From Gammaproteobacteria bacterium (GTDB taxonomy: Bacteria; Pseudomonadota; Gammaproteobacteria; Pseudomonadales; JAHEGP01), in assembly GCA_030618705.1 (NCBI GenBank), contig JAUXCW010000002.1, forward strand, positions 1-42,632: DNA of 42,632 nucleotides, read 5' to 3'. Both the position numbers and the translations under genes were made by a program. Shown here piece by piece: positions 42,124-42,632 of the stretch. The first letter of the stretch is position 1; each line of letters starts with the position of its first letter. The notes below the pieces were generated by a model. That model worked only from the letters and a program-made list of their open reading frames with translations. It was not told the origin of the DNA and searched no databases.

Positions 42124-42632
42124 GTGTCTATCCGCTACATTGAATCCGCAAAACTGCCCACCCCCTGGGCGGTTTTCGATATGCATGGTTTTGAGGATGT
42201 CACCAACGACAAGGAGCATTTGTTGCTGACCCTTGGCGATGTCGCTGGTGATGAGCCGGTGCTGGTGCGGGTTCACTCCGAGTGCCTGACCGGTGATGCA
42301 CTGTTCAGTATGCGCTGCGACTGTGGTTCCCAATTGCAAACCGCGATGGAGCGCATTGCGGAGGAGGGCCGCGGCGCCATCCTGTATCTGCGCCAGGAGG
42401 GCCGCGGTATCGGCCTGCTCAACAAAATCCGGGCCTATTGCCTGCAAGATGCGGGTGCCGATACGGTGGAAGCCAATGAAAGGCTGGGTTTCGGTGCCGA
42501 TATGCGCGACTACAGCGTGTGCAAAACCATGCTGGACCACGTGGGTATTCGGCGCCTGCGACTGCTCACCAATAATCCACGCAAGGTCGAGGCACTGCAG
42601 GGCATGGGTTTTGATGTGGTGGAGCGCATTGC
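42124..42632 (+). CDS. ribA: GTP cyclohydrolase II; C-terminus runs off the right edge
   Basis: Not in the ORF track because it has no in-window stop. From GTG at 42124, the first start after an in-frame TGA at 42103: (M)[24 protein letters not shown]...[26 protein letters not shown]...[38 protein letters not shown]. Collinear with E. coli RibA. Confidence 0.92.
   Translation, partial: MSIRYIESAKLPTPWAVFDMHGFEDVTNDKEHLLLTLGDVAGDEPVLVRVHSECLTGDALFSMRCDCGSQLQTAMERIAEEGRGAILYLRQEGRGIGLLNKIRAYCLQDAGADTVEANERLGFGADMRDYSVCKTMLDHVGIRRLRLLTNNPRKVEALQGMGFDVVERI

Overview
GC-rich gammaproteobacterial chromosomal DNA, almost entirely housekeeping. I call 39 CDS, two of them truncated at the window edges. 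I see no rRNA or tRNA, no CRISPR array, no transposase, integrase or phage genes, and no recognisable defence genes. From tatC (9.8 kb) to hemE (40.4 kb) the gene order is tatCBA-hisEI-ubiB / DUF971-hslUV-SPOR-argS-priA / rpmE-nuclease-malic enzyme / ponA / pilMNOPQ-aroKB-gltBD-hemE. As far as I recall, this is the same conserved core block found in Pseudomonas aeruginosa and relatives; that is memory, not a search. The only accessory-looking stretch is 3.86-9.77 kb. It holds a DUF547 protein, a hemerythrin-domain protein with two alpha/beta hydrolases in an apparent operon, a divergent aldehyde dehydrogenase and a small secreted protein. I do not see a convincing new multi-gene system. The best leads are: (i) a ~170-nt highly structured, strand-specific RNA-like element upstream of the malic-enzyme gene, whose stem sequences recur across that gene's start codon; (ii) a 56-codon ORF, below the ORF-track cutoff, that overlaps a TTG-initiated ubiB exactly where ubiJ normally sits; (iii) an ALDH-family protein lacking both canonical catalytic signatures; (iv) a poly-lysine tail on PilN. 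All functional calls come from reading the translated ORFs (motifs and remembered homologues), not from database searches. No convincing intrinsic terminators were found.
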